DNA of 64,000 nt from Planctomycetota bacterium (GCA_038212275.1 JBBQUR010000001.1:128001-192000), one strand, 5' to 3'. Shown: positions 25,529 to 38,243, numbered from the stretch's first letter. Program-made: numbers and translations. Notes: generated by a model from the letters alone, not told the origin.

Positions 25529-27673
25529 ATGTTCCTGCTCTCGCGGATGTCGCGCATTTCCTGCGCAGCCTTGTTCGTGGCCGCGACCTCGACCCCGGTC
25601 TCCGCCGCTCCCTTGATCCAGGGCCTGGTGACAGCTGCGGGCATCGAGCCCTCACGGCCTCCCAGCGTCGGCCACGTGGTGCAGGTGCTTCCCCCGGGCG
25701 CGTTCGAGTCCGTGCTTCCCGACGACACGGTGCTCTGGATCGGCGTGGATCACGTGGCCGGCCTCCGGCGCCACGCCGCGGCCTCCGCCGTCGGCCGGAT
25801 GCTGCAGGACCCGGCGATGGCACCGACGCTGGCATCGCTGATGCGCGAGTGCTCCGACATGAAGGCCCGGCTGCGTGAGGCACTCGGTGACGATCCGACG
25901 GAGTTGCTCGACTGGCTGGACGGCCCGGCGGCTCTGGCCATCACCATGCCGCGTGGCACGCAGGACGCGCCGGCGGAGAACGGGCCGCGGTCTGTTGCGG
26001 TGCTGCTGCTGGCGGATGTCGGCGAGCACCAGCGCGAAGTGGCGGCGCTGCTTTCGCGGCTGGTGGCGCGCCTCGCCGAGCGCGACAGTCGGCTGGAGGT
26101 CGGCGAGCGGATGTCGGGCGACGTTGCGCTGACCACGCTCGCGCCGTCGGCGTACGCCGGGAGCCCGCCTGGCGCCGATGACGACGCCGACGATCGGGCC
26201 GCCGACGCCGCAGACGACGCCGACGACGCCGCAGACGACGCCGCCGACGCCGCAGACGACGCCGCAGACGACGCCGCCGACGCCGCAGACGACGCCGCCG
26301 ACGCCGCCGACGCCGCAGATGCCGCAGATGCCGCCGACGCGGACGCGGACGCGGACGACGCGGACGACGCTGCGGGCGACGCCCACGCCGGCATGCCGGA
26401 AGGCCTCCTGAGTTACGGCTTCCGCGGCCCGCTCCTCGTCGCCTCGTTCGAGTGGGAACCGGGAGCACGGCACGCCCTGGACGATGTGCTGCTGGCGCTC
26501 GATGCCCCGTCGGCGCAGGCCCGGGGCCTCCCTCCGTCGCTCGCCTCGCGCGCGGACTTCGCGACTTCGCAGGCCAGCGTGCCTGGCGACGTGCGCTGCT
26601 GGGCCGACGCCGGCGGCTTCACACGGCTGATGCTCGAGCGCGAGGCGTCAGGCGATGCGCAGGGCGCAGAGTCGCGTCGAGTCCAGGAGGCGCTCGGCCT
26701 CCCTGAACTCGGCACGCTGTCGCAGAGCCTGCGCTGTGACGCCCATGGTTCGGACTGGTCGGCCGGCATGATCTGGGAGGGTCAGGGCTACGTCCCGCGC
26801 CTCATGCGGCTGCTGTGCCGGCCCGGCGAGACCCGCACGCTGGCCTGCATGCCCGAGGACTGCCGTTCGGCCGTCGTCGCACACGTGGATCTGCCAGGCC
26901 TGTTCGACACCGTCATCGACATGCTGCTCGACCTGCACGTCGCGAAGCCGTCGGACATCACGGATGTGCTGGCCCGGGCCGAGGGAATGCTCGGATTCAA
27001 TCCGCGAGAAGACCTGCTCGAGCTGTTCGACGGGGAGATCGGTTTCGTGACCGTGGGCACGGACCGCGAGGACGCGTTTCCGGGCACTGCACTCGATCCG
27101 TCCAATTTCGGCCTCCTGGTCGGCCTGGCGGACGGCGCGTCGCTGGCGACGCTCGTGGATGATGCGATCGACGCGAGCAGCCTGCGGGGTGCGCGCAAGC
27201 TCGAGAGCTTCGAGGGCGTGAGGATCGACCACATCACCCTGCTGCCGCCGCTGTCGCTGCACTACGCGATCCTCGGCGACGTGCTGCTCGCGTCGCACAG
27301 TGATGCCCTGCTCCACGAGATGCTGCGCCGGCACGAGCATCCCGAGCTTGGCTCGCTCGCGACGCTCCCGGCATTCCGGGAGGCGCTCGCCCGGCTGTCC
27401 GGGCCGCACGGCACGCTCGGCTACTCGGACACGGCGGCGGAGCTCGAGGGCCTCATCCGTTCCCTCAAGCTGCTGCCCGACTTCCTGAAAGGCATCGCGG
27501 CGGGCATGAACGCCTCGGATACGGACGACGTGCCATGGGCCGGCGGGATGGACTGGCTGACCTCGCTGCCGCTGCCCGAGCCGGCTCTCGTGCGGCAGTA
27601 CATCAACGTCCCGACGATCACCTCGATCACAGTGGACGAGCACGGTGCTCGGCTGCGCAGCCTCGGCCCCTGA
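25529..27673 (+). CDS. Secreted DUF3352-like protein with an Asp/Ala repeat insertion
   Basis: Signal peptide; two internal 'LP.D/MPED...V' half-domains; start uncertain (25430, 25529 or 25547). Confidence 0.6.
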   Translation: MFLLSRMSRISCAALFVAATSTPVSAAPLIQGLVTAAGIEPSRPPSVGHVVQVLPPGAFESVLPDDTVLWIGVDHVAGLRRHAAASAVGRMLQDPAMAPTLASLMRECSDMKARLREALGDDPTELLDWLDGPAALAITMPRGTQDAPAENGPRSVAVLLLADVGEHQREVAALLSRLVARLAERDSRLEVGERMSGDVALTTLAPSAYAGSPPGADDDADDRAADAADDADDAADDAADAADDAADDAADAADDAADAADAADAADAADADADADDADDAAGDAHAGMPEGLLSYGFRGPLLVASFEWEPGARHALDDVLLALDAPSAQARGLPPSLASRADFATSQASVPGDVRCWADAGGFTRLMLEREASGDAQGAESRRVQEALGLPELGTLSQSLRCDAHGSDWSAGMIWEGQGYVPRLMRLLCRPGETRTLACMPEDCRSAVVAHVDLPGLFDTVIDMLLDLHVAKPSDITDVLARAEGMLGFNPREDLLELFDGEIGFVTVGTDREDAFPGTALDPSNFGLLVGLADGASLATLVDDAIDASSLRGARKLESFEGVRIDHITLLPPLSLHYAILGDVLLASHSDALLHEMLRRHEHPELGSLATLPAFREALARLSGPHGTLGYSDTAAELEGLIRSLKLLPDFLKGIAAGMNASDTDDVPWAGGMDWLTSLPLPEPALVRQYINVPTITSITVDEHGARLRSLGP
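26175..26380 (+). repeat. In-frame GAC/GCC-rich tandem repeat encoding an Asp/Ala tract
   Basis: Units gccgcagacgac and gccgacgcc; encodes DDDADDRAADAADDADDAADDAADAADD... Confidence 0.9.
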
Positions 27674-27722
27674 GCGACGCGGCGGCGCGCAGCGCATGCG
27701 CCGCGCGCCACGGCGTGTCGAC

Positions 27723-28697
27723 TCAGCCCTGGGCCTTCAGCGCCTTCACCGCGGCGGTGAGCCTGGGAACGATCTCGAAGGCGTCGCCCACGATGCCGTA
27801 GTCGGCGACCTTGAAGATGGGCGCCTCGGGGTCCTTGTTGATGGCGACGATGTACTTGGCCGTGCGCATGCCGGCGAGGTGCTGGATCGCACCGCTGATC
27901 GCGACCGCGATGTAGAGCTGCGGCGCCACGGTCTTGCCGGTCTGTCCGACCTGCTCGCCGTGCGGACGCCAGCCGGCATCGACGACGGCGCGCGAGGCGC
28001 CGACGGCTGCTCCGAGCGCGCCGGCCAGCTCCTCGATCATCGCGAAGTTCTCCGGCCCCTTCAGGCCGCGGCCACCGGACACGATGATGGCCGCCTCCGT
28101 GAGCTCTATCTTCTTCTGCGCGGACGCGATGACCTCCTTGAGGACGTCGCCGAGTCCCGTCGACGGGGGCGTCGCGGCCTCGCGCTCGAGGCTGCCCGCG
28201 GCCGGCGACTTCTGCGCCGAGAGTGCATTGGGGCGGATGCTGACGACCAGCAGGCCGTTCGCGCCGCTCACGTGCACGAGCGCCTTGCCGGCAAAGACCG
28301 GGCGCCGAGCGACGATCGCTCCGCCCTCGGAGCGCACGGCCACGCAGTCGCTGGCCATGGGGGCATCGAGCAGCGCGGCGATGCGCGGGCCGAGGTCCTT
28401 GCCCAGCGTGGTGTGCGCGAGCAGCACCGCAGCGGGGGACAGCTTGCGCGCAACGCCGGCGACGGCCGCAGCCCACGCCGTGCGATCGGTCGTGTCCGCA
28501 TCGAGCGCGATGACGCGCGCGGCGCCATGTTCGCCCAGTGCGGCGGAGGTCTGCTCGGCACCCTCGCCGGCCACGACCGCGACGGCCGTCGTGCCGTGCG
28601 CCGCCGCAAGCTGCGCGCCGGCCGTCATGGCCTGCAGCGCCGTGCTCTTCAACGCACCGCGCATCTGTTCCACGAGCACCAGGATCTCACCAGCCAC
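27723..28697 (-). CDS. etfA: Electron transfer flavoprotein alpha subunit
   Basis: Motifs [52 protein letters not shown] before GTG 28697. Confidence 0.95.
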   Translation of the reverse strand: MAGEILVLVEQMRGALKSTALQAMTAGAQLAAAHGTTAVAVVAGEGAEQTSAALGEHGAARVIALDADTTDRTAWAAAVAGVARKLSPAAVLLAHTTLGKDLGPRIAALLDAPMASDCVAVRSEGGAIVARRPVFAGKALVHVSGANGLLVVSIRPNALSAQKSPAAGSLEREAATPPSTGLGDVLKEVIASAQKKIELTEAAIIVSGGRGLKGPENFAMIEELAGALGAAVGASRAVVDAGWRPHGEQVGQTGKTVAPQLYIAVAISGAIQHLAGMRTAKYIVAINKDPEAPIFKVADYGIVGDAFEIVPRLTAAVKALKAQG

Positions 28698-28753
28698 GTA
28701 TCGCTCCTCGCCGTTGCAGGGGGCACGCGCACCGGCGCGCGCCCCGCGGATGT

Positions 28754-29512
28754 TCAGATGACCTTGGCCTCGTGGCGCAGCAGGCGCACGAGTTCGTCCA
28801 CAGCTGCCGCATCGGTGCCCACGATGCGCCCGTCGGGACGCGCAGCGGGCAGTTCGAGACCGGCGACGTTCAGGCGCGCAGGAACAGGGCCCGCGTCGCG
28901 CTCGTCGAGCGGCTTCTTCTTGGCGGCCATGATGCCCTTGAGGTTGGCGTAGCGCGGCTCGTTGAGCCCCTTCTGGCAGGTGAAGACGGCCGGGAGCGTG
29001 ACCTCGTGGCGCTCCGTGGTGCCCTCGTCGCCGGCGCGTTCCACGGCCGCCTTGCCGTCCGCGACGGACAGCTTCACGATCTCCGTGACGCAGGGCATGC
29101 CCAGCAGGTGCGCCAGGAGCAATCCCACCTGGCCCTGGTCGTTGTCCACGGCCTGCTTGCCGCAGAGCACGAGGTCGGGCTTCAGTTCGCGGATGGCGGC
29201 GGCGAGAACGGTGGCGGTGGCCAGCGCATCGCGGCGGCTGGCCTCGGCGTCCTTCAGGAGCAGCGCGCGGTCGGCGCCCATCGCGAGGCAGGTCTTCAAC
29301 TCGCGCGCGGCGTCGGCGGGCCCCAGGGTCACGACGACGACCTCGCCCGAGCCCGCAGCCTCCTTGACCCGCAGCGCCGCCTCGACGGCGAACTCGTCGT
29401 AGGGATTGATGATCCACTCGACCTGTGCGGTGTCGATGGACGCACCGTCGGCGCCGACCTTGATGCGCGTGTCCGTGGAGGGGACGCGCTTGACGCAAGC
29501 CACGATCTTCAT
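28754..29512 (-). CDS. etfB: Electron transfer flavoprotein beta subunit
   Basis: Motifs [33 protein letters not shown]. Confidence 0.95.
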   Translation of the reverse strand: MKIVACVKRVPSTDTRIKVGADGASIDTAQVEWIINPYDEFAVEAALRVKEAAGSGEVVVVTLGPADAARELKTCLAMGADRALLLKDAEASRRDALATATVLAAAIRELKPDLVLCGKQAVDNDQGQVGLLLAHLLGMPCVTEIVKLSVADGKAAVERAGDEGTTERHEVTLPAVFTCQKGLNEPRYANLKGIMAAKKKPLDERDAGPVPARLNVAGLELPAARPDGRIVGTDAAAVDELVRLLRHEAKVI

Positions 29513-29603
29513 TGCCGTCCTGCCGGCCCCGCCAGGGGCGATCCGTGGAGAGCGCGCGACAGGAGCCGCGCGCCTCGCGAGTTCACGAAAAAATGGGTGC
29601 GTG

Positions 29604-29633
29604 ACTCTAGGACATGCGGCGCGGCAGGTGCAA
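29604..29633 (-). promoter_or_regulatory. Candidate sigma70 promoter for etfBA
   Basis: Minus strand TTGCAC-N18-TAGAGT. Confidence 0.45.
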
Positions 29634-29682
29634 GGCAGGAGCGCCGGATCGATGCCGGGCCGCCGCCTCCCGGACGTTCACG

Positions 29683-30717
29683 TCACTCGGAGAGCGCGGG
29701 CAACGCGCCCGGGTGGTCGATGATCGCACCGAGGAAGGTCTCCACGATGTCGGCCGGGATGCGCTCGCCGGCCTCGCCGCGCAGCGTGCGCACGGCCTGC
29801 TCGAGCGGCATCGGCGCGCGATACGGGCGGCGCGACGTGATCGCCTCCCAGTAGTCCGCCACCTTCACCACGAAGGCTTCCACCGGGACCTGGTCGCCGG
29901 GCAGCCCGTCGGGATAGCCGTGGCCGTCGAGACTCTCGTGGTGCCAGCGGATGATGGGGCGCAGGCTCGCGAGGCTGCGGATCGGCGCGATGAGTTCGTC
30001 GCCCTGCACGGGATGAAACTTCATGATCCGGAACTCCTCGATGCTGAGCGCAGCGGGCTTGTTGAGGATCGCGTCGGGCGTGCCGATCTTTCCGATGTCG
30101 TGCAGCCGGCCGCCCAGCGCGATGCGCTCGACGCGCTCGGCATCGAAGCCCATCGCCTCCGCGAGCAGTCTCGAGAGGTCCGACACGCGCGTGCTGTGCC
30201 GCGCGGTGTAGCTGCTCTTGGCGTCGATCATCGTGGCCATCGCCACCAGGAACTGCTCGAGGTTCTCGAGATCCGCCGCGCGTCGCTCCTCGAGCTGCTG
30301 CAGCATGATCGCCTTCTGCGTGAGGTGCTTGCGCTCGACGGCGCGATGCAGCGCGGCCCGCAGCGCATCGAAGGCGAAGGGCTTGCGCAGGTAGTCGTAG
30401 GCGCCGCGCTTGAGCGCCTCGATGGCGGAGGCGAGATCGCTGTTTCCGGTCATGAGCAGCACGTCGAGGTCCGGGCGCCGCTCGCGCACTTCGGCCAGCA
30501 GGTCCAGGCCGTTGTCGCCGTTCTGCATGGTGATGTCGCTGAGCACCACGAGCACCTCGCGCGATGCGAGCAGCTCGCGCGCCTCGGCGAGCGTGGCTGC
30601 CGACAGCACGGTGTAGCCCTCGAGTTCCAGGAAGCGCGAGATCGACTTGCGCACGCCGTCGTCGTCGTCCACGACGAGCACCGCCGAGCGCTCCAGGCTG
30701 AGCCATTCTCCGGTCAT
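29683..30717 (-). CDS. Response regulator with HD-GYP c-di-GMP phosphodiesterase domain (RpfG-like)
   Basis: REC domain (VVDDD, SDITM, KP); HSTRV, LHDIGK, HHESLDGHGYP, VAD, RPYR. Confidence 0.92.
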   Translation of the reverse strand: MTGEWLSLERSAVLVVDDDDGVRKSISRFLELEGYTVLSAATLAEARELLASREVLVVLSDITMQNGDNGLDLLAEVRERRPDLDVLLMTGNSDLASAIEALKRGAYDYLRKPFAFDALRAALHRAVERKHLTQKAIMLQQLEERRAADLENLEQFLVAMATMIDAKSSYTARHSTRVSDLSRLLAEAMGFDAERVERIALGGRLHDIGKIGTPDAILNKPAALSIEEFRIMKFHPVQGDELIAPIRSLASLRPIIRWHHESLDGHGYPDGLPGDQVPVEAFVVKVADYWEAITSRRPYRAPMPLEQAVRTLRGEAGERIPADIVETFLGAIIDHPGALPALSE

Positions 30718-31484
30718 CGCTCTTCTGCCTCCGCGGAGGTGATCCGGCCGGTCGCAGCATCGGGCATGCTGAACCTCTGGCCGAGATAGACCTCCTTGAC
30801 CCCCGTGTCGTTGGCGAGCTCCGCGGCACTGCCATGCCGGAAGATCGCGCCCTCGTAGATGATGTAGGCCCTGTCCGTCGTGCCGAGCGTCTCGCGCACC
30901 GCATGATCCGTGATGAGCACGGCGATGCCGCGCTCACGCAGTCGGAAGAGCTGCTTCTGGATGTCCTCGACCGCGATCGGATCCACGCCCGAAAACGGCT
31001 CGTCGAGCAGGATGAGCCGCGGATCCAGCGCGAGCGTGCGGGCCAGTTCCAGGCGCCGCCGTTCGCCGCCCGAGAGGTTGAGCGCCTTGCTCCTGCGCAC
31101 GTGGCCGAGGCCGAACTCGTCGATGAGTTCATCGGCGCGGCTGCGGCGGTCCGCGGAGCCGACGCCGAGAGCCTCGAGCACCGCAAGGAGGTTCTCGCGC
31201 ACGGTCATGTGGCGGAAGATCGAGGGCTCCTGGCTGAGGTAGCCCATGCCGAGCCGCGCCCGGCGGAACATCGGCTCGCGGGTGATGTCCTGGTCGTCGA
31301 ACACCACGCGGCCGGCATCGGGCGGAATCATGCCGACTGTCATGCGGAAGCTCGTCGTCTTGCCCGCGCCGTTGGGCCCCAGCAGCCCGACGATCTCTCC
31401 CTCGTTCACCTCGAAGGACACTCCGCGCACCACGGTGCGGTCGCCGTAGGTCTTGACGAGTCCTTCGACCAGCAGCAGCGTCAT
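30714..31484 (-). CDS. lptB: LPS export ABC transporter ATPase
   Basis: Motifs GPNGAGKTT, GYLSQEPSIFR, LSGGERRRLE, DEPFSGVDPIAV, ITDH. Confidence 0.93.
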   Translation of the reverse strand: MTLLLVEGLVKTYGDRTVVRGVSFEVNEGEIVGLLGPNGAGKTTSFRMTVGMIPPDAGRVVFDDQDITREPMFRRARLGMGYLSQEPSIFRHMTVRENLLAVLEALGVGSADRRSRADELIDEFGLGHVRRSKALNLSGGERRRLELARTLALDPRLILLDEPFSGVDPIAVEDIQKQLFRLRERGIAVLITDHAVRETLGTTDRAYIIYEGAIFRHGSAAELANDTGVKEVYLGQRFSMPDAATGRITSAEAEER

Positions 31485-31611
31485 CCGGAGCAATCCACGT
31501 GAGCGAGGCGGCCGCGGTGCACCGGCCGCGGACAGGGCGCAGTGTGCTCCGCCGGGCCGCTCGCTTCCACTGCCGGCGCCTTCCGCGGCGGTCGGCTTCG
31601 CCTGGAGCCGC

Positions 31612-33006
31612 TCAGCGGATCAGCTTCCAGCGGAACGGGTGGAAGACGGGCCAGAAGACCGCGATGGCCTTGCCGAGCAGGTAGCGCCGGTTGATGAACG
31701 GGGCCGGCTCGTTGCTGATGTCCACGATGTCCGCGCGGTCGAGGATGAACTCGTCGCCGTGCACGTCCGCGAAGACGAACTGATTGGGTGCGTAGGGTCT
31801 GGGATTCGCGTCCGGAGGAGCGGGCCCGTTGCGCGGCGCCGGGAAGTCGAAGCCGCTGTGCTTCGTGCCGTCCCGCATCGTGAAGGTGCGCAGCTCCCAG
31901 CCGCGGCCGTCGAGCGAGCCCTGGGTGTTGTCGCCGAGGCCCATGTAGCTGTCGTCGGGGATGTGCCAGACGGGGTCGGCGACGCGCTGCGTGTAATAGA
32001 TGTCGCGCCGCAGGACGACGTGCTCGACGCGGCCGCCGCCCGCGATGGCCAGGGCCGCCAGGGCGCGCTCGGGACGGTCGGTGCGGAATCCCGAGGCGTC
32101 GTCGGCGATGCGGGCGACGAGCGTGCCGTCTACCCACAGCGACACCTGCCGGTCGACGTTGCGAGCCACGACGCGCGTGGACACGCCCGCCGCGAGCCCG
32201 CCCTGCGCCGCGTCCGAGCCGCTGCCGTCAGTGGCGGGCCACAGCACGCGCGGCTCGGCGGAGTTTTTCGCCGGCTGGAAGACGATGTTCGCGCCGCGCC
32301 CGTCACCCTTGCGTGGCAGGGTGAACACGGTATCGCCCTCGTCGGACGAGAGCGTGATGCGCAGGTCGCGCGCCGCCGCGTCGAGCGTCGCGTCGCAGGC
32401 GAGTTCGAGGTCGGCCACGGCCTCGACTCCGTTGGGGCCCGGGGCGATGTTCCAGTCGGGGTCGTAGCCGTGCAGGTAGTCGGCGCGCACGCTGGAGCGC
32501 ACGCGCAGTTCGCCGTCGGCGTCCGGCGCGAAAGACGCCTGTCCGCCGGTGACGCTGATGCCCGGCCCGGCCGTGAAGGCGCGGCCCACGTCGATGCCGC
32601 CGTCGGTGAGCGGAAAGACGTTCTTCAGCACGGAGTCGTTCACGGAGTCGGGCTTGCGCGCGATCTTCCCGTCGATCCACACGTCACCGCCGTGGATCTC
32701 GAGCGTCTCGCCGGGCAGTCCCACGATGCGCTTCACGTAGAGCCGCCGCTCGTCGAGCGGGAAGCGGAAGATCATCACCTCCCAGCGGTGCGGATCGCGG
32801 ATCATCGTGCAGAGCTTGTCCGCGAGCACGCGGTCCTTGATGCCCGAGCGCTCGTCGCCGAGGATCGTCGGCTGCATGCTGCCCGTGGGGATCTGGTAGG
32901 CCTCGATCACGAAGAACTTCAGCACGAGCGCCATCGCGATGGCGATGGCGATGGCTTCCACCTGATCCGCGATCCAGAGATCGAACGGCCTCCTCGCGTT
33001 GTCCAT
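31612..33006 (-). CDS. lepB: Signal peptidase I with a large insertion
   Basis: Motifs IPTGSM.PT, YVKRIVGLPGE, GDNT..SLDGR, GKA. An extra beta-rich region of more than 200 aa is present. Confidence 0.93.
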   Translation of the reverse strand: MDNARRPFDLWIADQVEAIAIAIAMALVLKFFVIEAYQIPTGSMQPTILGDERSGIKDRVLADKLCTMIRDPHRWEVMIFRFPLDERRLYVKRIVGLPGETLEIHGGDVWIDGKIARKPDSVNDSVLKNVFPLTDGGIDVGRAFTAGPGISVTGGQASFAPDADGELRVRSSVRADYLHGYDPDWNIAPGPNGVEAVADLELACDATLDAAARDLRITLSSDEGDTVFTLPRKGDGRGANIVFQPAKNSAEPRVLWPATDGSGSDAAQGGLAAGVSTRVVARNVDRQVSLWVDGTLVARIADDASGFRTDRPERALAALAIAGGGRVEHVVLRRDIYYTQRVADPVWHIPDDSYMGLGDNTQGSLDGRGWELRTFTMRDGTKHSGFDFPAPRNGPAPPDANPRPYAPNQFVFADVHGDEFILDRADIVDISNEPAPFINRRYLLGKAIAVFWPVFHPFRWKLIR

Positions 33007-33008
33007 CG

Positions 33009-34804
<1,796 letters not shown>

Positions 34805-34808
<4 letters not shown>

Positions 34809-35425
34809 GGAAGGCGGGCTCCTGCGGGCGCGCTGCGACGCGCGAGGCCTGCCGCGAGGGCCACCAGCGCCGCGCCGCGATGGCTGAGGCCGGCCTTCTC
34901 GGCGCGGGTCAGTTCCGCGAAGCTGCGCCCCGCGGCGGCGGGGTCGTCGGAGAGGAAAAGCGGGTCGTAGCCGAAACCGCCGCTGCCCGAGGGCGTCCGC
35001 GCGATCGTCCCGCTGCACTCGCCGGTCACTTGCAGGAACGGGACGCCGTCGCGCACGAGGCAGAGCGCGCAGACGAAGCGCGCGCGGCGATCGGCGACGC
35101 CGTCGAGCGCGGCCAGGAGCTTCGCGCGGTTGGCCGCGTCGTCGGCCTGCGGGCCGGCGTAGCGGGCCGAATGCACGCCCGGCGCGCCGCCCAGCGCAGC
35201 GACCTCGAGTCCCGAGTCGTCGGCCAGCGTGTCGAGGCCCGTCGCTCGTGCGTAGTGCAGCGCCTTGGAGCGTGCATTGGCCGCGAAGTCGGGTTCCTCT
35301 TCCGGCGCGACGGGCACTCCCGGAAAGGTGTCGAGCCCGACGACCTCCACGCCCTGCACGGCGAGCAGCGACGTCAGCTCCGCGAGCTTGCCGCCGTTGG
35401 TGGTTGCCACGAGCAGGCGACTCAC
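34805..35425 (-). CDS. rdgB: Non-canonical purine NTP pyrophosphatase
   Basis: Motifs ATTN.GK..E, ADDSGL, PGVHSARY, GFGYDP, SHRG. Confidence 0.95.
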
Positions 35426-36144
35426 CGGGACAGCGCGGCTTCCTGCGCCTCGCCCACGCGCGCCAGCGCCGCGGTTCCCATCTCGATCATCGAGTGCAGC
35501 TGGTCCAGGCTGAACGAGCCGCGCTCGGCGCCGCCGGCGACCTCGATGACGCGGCCCGAGCCGGTCATCACCAGGTTCATGTCCACGTCGGCCTGGCTGT
35601 CCTCGTAGTAGCTGAGGTCCGCCAGGATGTCGTTGCCCAGCACGCCGATGGAGATGGCGCGCACGCTGTCGGCCAGGGGCCAGAAGCGCAGGCCGTTCCG
35701 CTCCTTGAGCTCCGTGAAGGCATCGTGCATCGCGACGTAGGCGCCGTTGATGGACGCGGTGCGCGTGCCGCCGTCGGCCGCAATGACATCGCAGTCCACC
35801 CAGACCGTACGGCCCGGGAAGGCCTTCCGGTTCACGATGGAGCGCAGTGCGCGACCGATGAGCCTCTGGATCTCCACCGAGCGGCCGTCGGTGCGTCCCG
35901 CACGGTCGCGCTGGTGGCGGTCGCCCGTGGAGGCGGGCAGCATGGAGTACTCGGCCGTCACCCAGCCCTGGTCGCTGTTCTGCAGGAAGGACGGCACGCC
36001 ATCCTCGATGAGCACGGTGCAGAGCACGCGCGTGCCGCCGAGGTCGACGAGCACCGAGCCGGGAACGGAGTCCATCCAGTGTCGCTGGAAGCTGAGTGGG
36101 CGGATCGCGGTGGCGTCCCGGCCGTCAAGGCGCTGGAAGGGCAT
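35422..36144 (-). CDS. rph: Ribonuclease PH
   Basis: Motifs GWVTAEYSMLP, EIQRLIGRALR, ADGGTRTASING, DL.Y.ED. Adjacent to rdgB. Confidence 0.96.
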   Translation of the reverse strand: MPFQRLDGRDATAIRPLSFQRHWMDSVPGSVLVDLGGTRVLCTVLIEDGVPSFLQNSDQGWVTAEYSMLPASTGDRHQRDRAGRTDGRSVEIQRLIGRALRSIVNRKAFPGRTVWVDCDVIAADGGTRTASINGAYVAMHDAFTELKERNGLRFWPLADSVRAISIGVLGNDILADLSYYEDSQADVDMNLVMTGSGRVIEVAGGAERGSFSLDQLHSMIEMGTAALARVGEAQEAALSR

Positions 36145-36282
36145 GGTCCGTCCGGGTGCGGGAAGTGTGTCGCGAGGCCTCCGCGAGGCGGGGGCACGAG
36201 CCGGGCAAGTATAGGGGCGGGCCACGGACGGGATCAACGCGGCGGGGCCGTGTCCGCGCGCAATTCGGGCCATCCTCCGGGC

Positions 36283-37047
36283 TCAGCGCTGCGCCACGGA
36301 GACAAGTTGTGCGGTGTCTCCGTTGATCACGCGGCCATCGGGCAGGACCAGGTCGCCGTCCGCCGTGACAGCCGCGATGGCCGTGTCGAAGACGTCCGCT
36401 CCGGCGCGCAGGCGGACGTGTCGGCCGGGCAGCCAGGCGCGGCGACAGTACTCGCGTCCCCGCATCGCGTCGTGCTCCGTGCCGAGCTGCGCCAGCGCGG
36501 CGTCGAGCTCCGCAAGCCAGGCAGCGAGGAGCGCCTCGCGCGCCTCAGCCGGAAGTCCGACGTCGCCGGCCACCTCCGCCAGCTCGGGCGGCAGGTCGCC
36601 GGGGCGGAGCTGCAGGTTGATCCCCAGCCCGAAGACCAGCAGGCGCCGGCCGGTCGGCGTGTCCGCGTGCTCGACCAGCATGCCGCCGCACTTGCGGCCG
36701 TCGCGCAGCAGATCGTTGGGCCACTTGATGGCGACGTCCGCCACGCCGAGGTGCTCCAGCGCCCGGCATGCCGCCACGGCGCCGAGCACTGTGACGCGCG
36801 TGAGTCGTGGCATCGGCGGGATCGCGAGCAGGAGGCTCACGGCAAGCGCGCGCCCCGGTGGCGTGATCCACGCGCGGCCGTGCGTGCCGTGACCGGCGCT
36901 CTGTCGATCCGCGACGATCACGGCGCCGGCGTCCAGCTCGCCGCGCGACACGCGGGCACGTGCCTCGTCGTTGGTGGATCGCGTCTCGCGCAGGTGCAGC
37001 AGCGAATGGCCTGCGAGCTGCGCGGGGAGAGTGGGGATGCTGTCCAC
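36283..37047 (-). CDS. birA: Biotin-protein ligase without an N-terminal HTH
   Basis: Motifs STND, QSAGHGTHGRAW, IKWPNDL, KCGGML, GLGINL. TACACT lies 7 nt before GTG 37047. Confidence 0.88.
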   Translation of the reverse strand: MDSIPTLPAQLAGHSLLHLRETRSTNDEARARVSRGELDAGAVIVADRQSAGHGTHGRAWITPPGRALAVSLLLAIPPMPRLTRVTVLGAVAACRALEHLGVADVAIKWPNDLLRDGRKCGGMLVEHADTPTGRRLLVFGLGINLQLRPGDLPPELAEVAGDVGLPAEAREALLAAWLAELDAALAQLGTEHDAMRGREYCRRAWLPGRHVRLRAGADVFDTAIAAVTADGDLVLPDGRVINGDTAQLVSVAQR

Positions 37048-37130
37048 GCGCGCCAGTGTAGCGGCCGCGCGCGGCGCGCGGCCGCTCCTGCCCGGACCGG
37101 AAGCCCGGGCAGGAGCGGCCGGGACGGCGC

Positions 37131-38099
37131 TCAGATCATGAGGTCCTGGCGGCTCTCTTCCAGATGCACCTTCAGCTTCTTCATCACGTTGCTGTGAATC
37201 TGGCACACGCGCGATTCGGTGAGCTGCAGCACCGTGCCGATCTGCTTCATGGTGAGACCGTCGCGGTAGTACATCAGGATGATCTGCTTCTCCTTGCGGT
37301 TGAGCGAGCGGATGATCGCCCGCATCACGTCTTCCTGGTTCAGGAGGTCCGCAGGATCGAAGGAGCGTTCGTCGCGGATGAAGTCGATCTTCTCCACGGC
37401 GGGGTCGCCTGAGCCATCGTCCCAGGACTCCGAGAGCGAGCGCACCGTGTGAGCCGACGCCTCCTCGGTCATCGAGGAGTAGTCGGCGAGACTGACGCTC
37501 AGCTCGGCCGCCATCTCGGCGTGGGTCGGCGAGCGGCCGTGGCGGGCCTCGAGCGAGGCCTGCGCGCGGGAGATCTGGTGGGCCTTGAGCCGCACGAGGC
37601 GGGGGACCCAGTCCTGGCTGCGCAACTCGTCGAGGATGGCGCCGCGGATGCGGTTGCTGCAGTAGGTCTTGAACTTGATGCCGCGGTCGATGTCGAAGCC
37701 GTCGATGGCATCCATGAGGCCGAAGGTGCCTGCGCTCTTGAGGTCCTCGACATCGATGCTGCGCGGCAGCGTGAGCAGCAGTCGCTCCGCGATGAAGTTC
37801 ACCACGGGGAGATACAGCTCCATGAGCGTGTTGCGCGTTTCCGGATCGCGCGTCTTCACGTACTGGCGCCACAGGTGCTCGTTCGGGCCGCCGAGCTCGC
37901 CCGAAGGCGTCAACTCGCGGGTGGCGCGCTCCTTGTCGGCGACTCTTGCCGGCGGGGGCGCCTTGACGGACGCCTTTCCGGTGGCACGCGCAGCGGACGG
38001 AAGGGACGCAGCGGCCCCCGTTCCTGTCGCGCGCTTCTTCCCCCCTGCATTCACCTTGGACTGCCTGGAAACAGACCGCTTCACATTCACAATGGACAT
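37131..38099 (-). CDS. fliA: RNA polymerase sigma28 (FliA/WhiG family) with a basic N-terminal extension
   Basis: Motifs RIRGAILDELRSQDWVPR and LTMKQIG..LQLTESRVCQIH. Confidence 0.93.
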   Translation of the reverse strand: MSIVNVKRSVSRQSKVNAGGKKRATGTGAAASLPSAARATGKASVKAPPPARVADKERATRELTPSGELGGPNEHLWRQYVKTRDPETRNTLMELYLPVVNFIAERLLLTLPRSIDVEDLKSAGTFGLMDAIDGFDIDRGIKFKTYCSNRIRGAILDELRSQDWVPRLVRLKAHQISRAQASLEARHGRSPTHAEMAAELSVSLADYSSMTEEASAHTVRSLSESWDDGSGDPAVEKIDFIRDERSFDPADLLNQEDVMRAIIRSLNRKEKQIILMYYRDGLTMKQIGTVLQLTESRVCQIHSNVMKKLKVHLEESRQDLMI

Positions 38100-38243
38100 A
38101 CGGGCACTCTCCTGGTCGTGCAACTGGCTGCCCTTGCCGCACATGCGGGGTCGGGCCCTCTAGCTTTGCGCCCCACCCTTCCGAGTGGTTTGCCCTGGCC
38201 TCCCCCCCGGCGCCCGGCCGGCGAGGAGGAAACGACTGACAAG

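Noticed and set aside
15801..26380. CRISPR interpretation of the short repeat arrays
   Set aside because: Units are 9-12 bp and contiguous, with no unique spacers and no cas genes.
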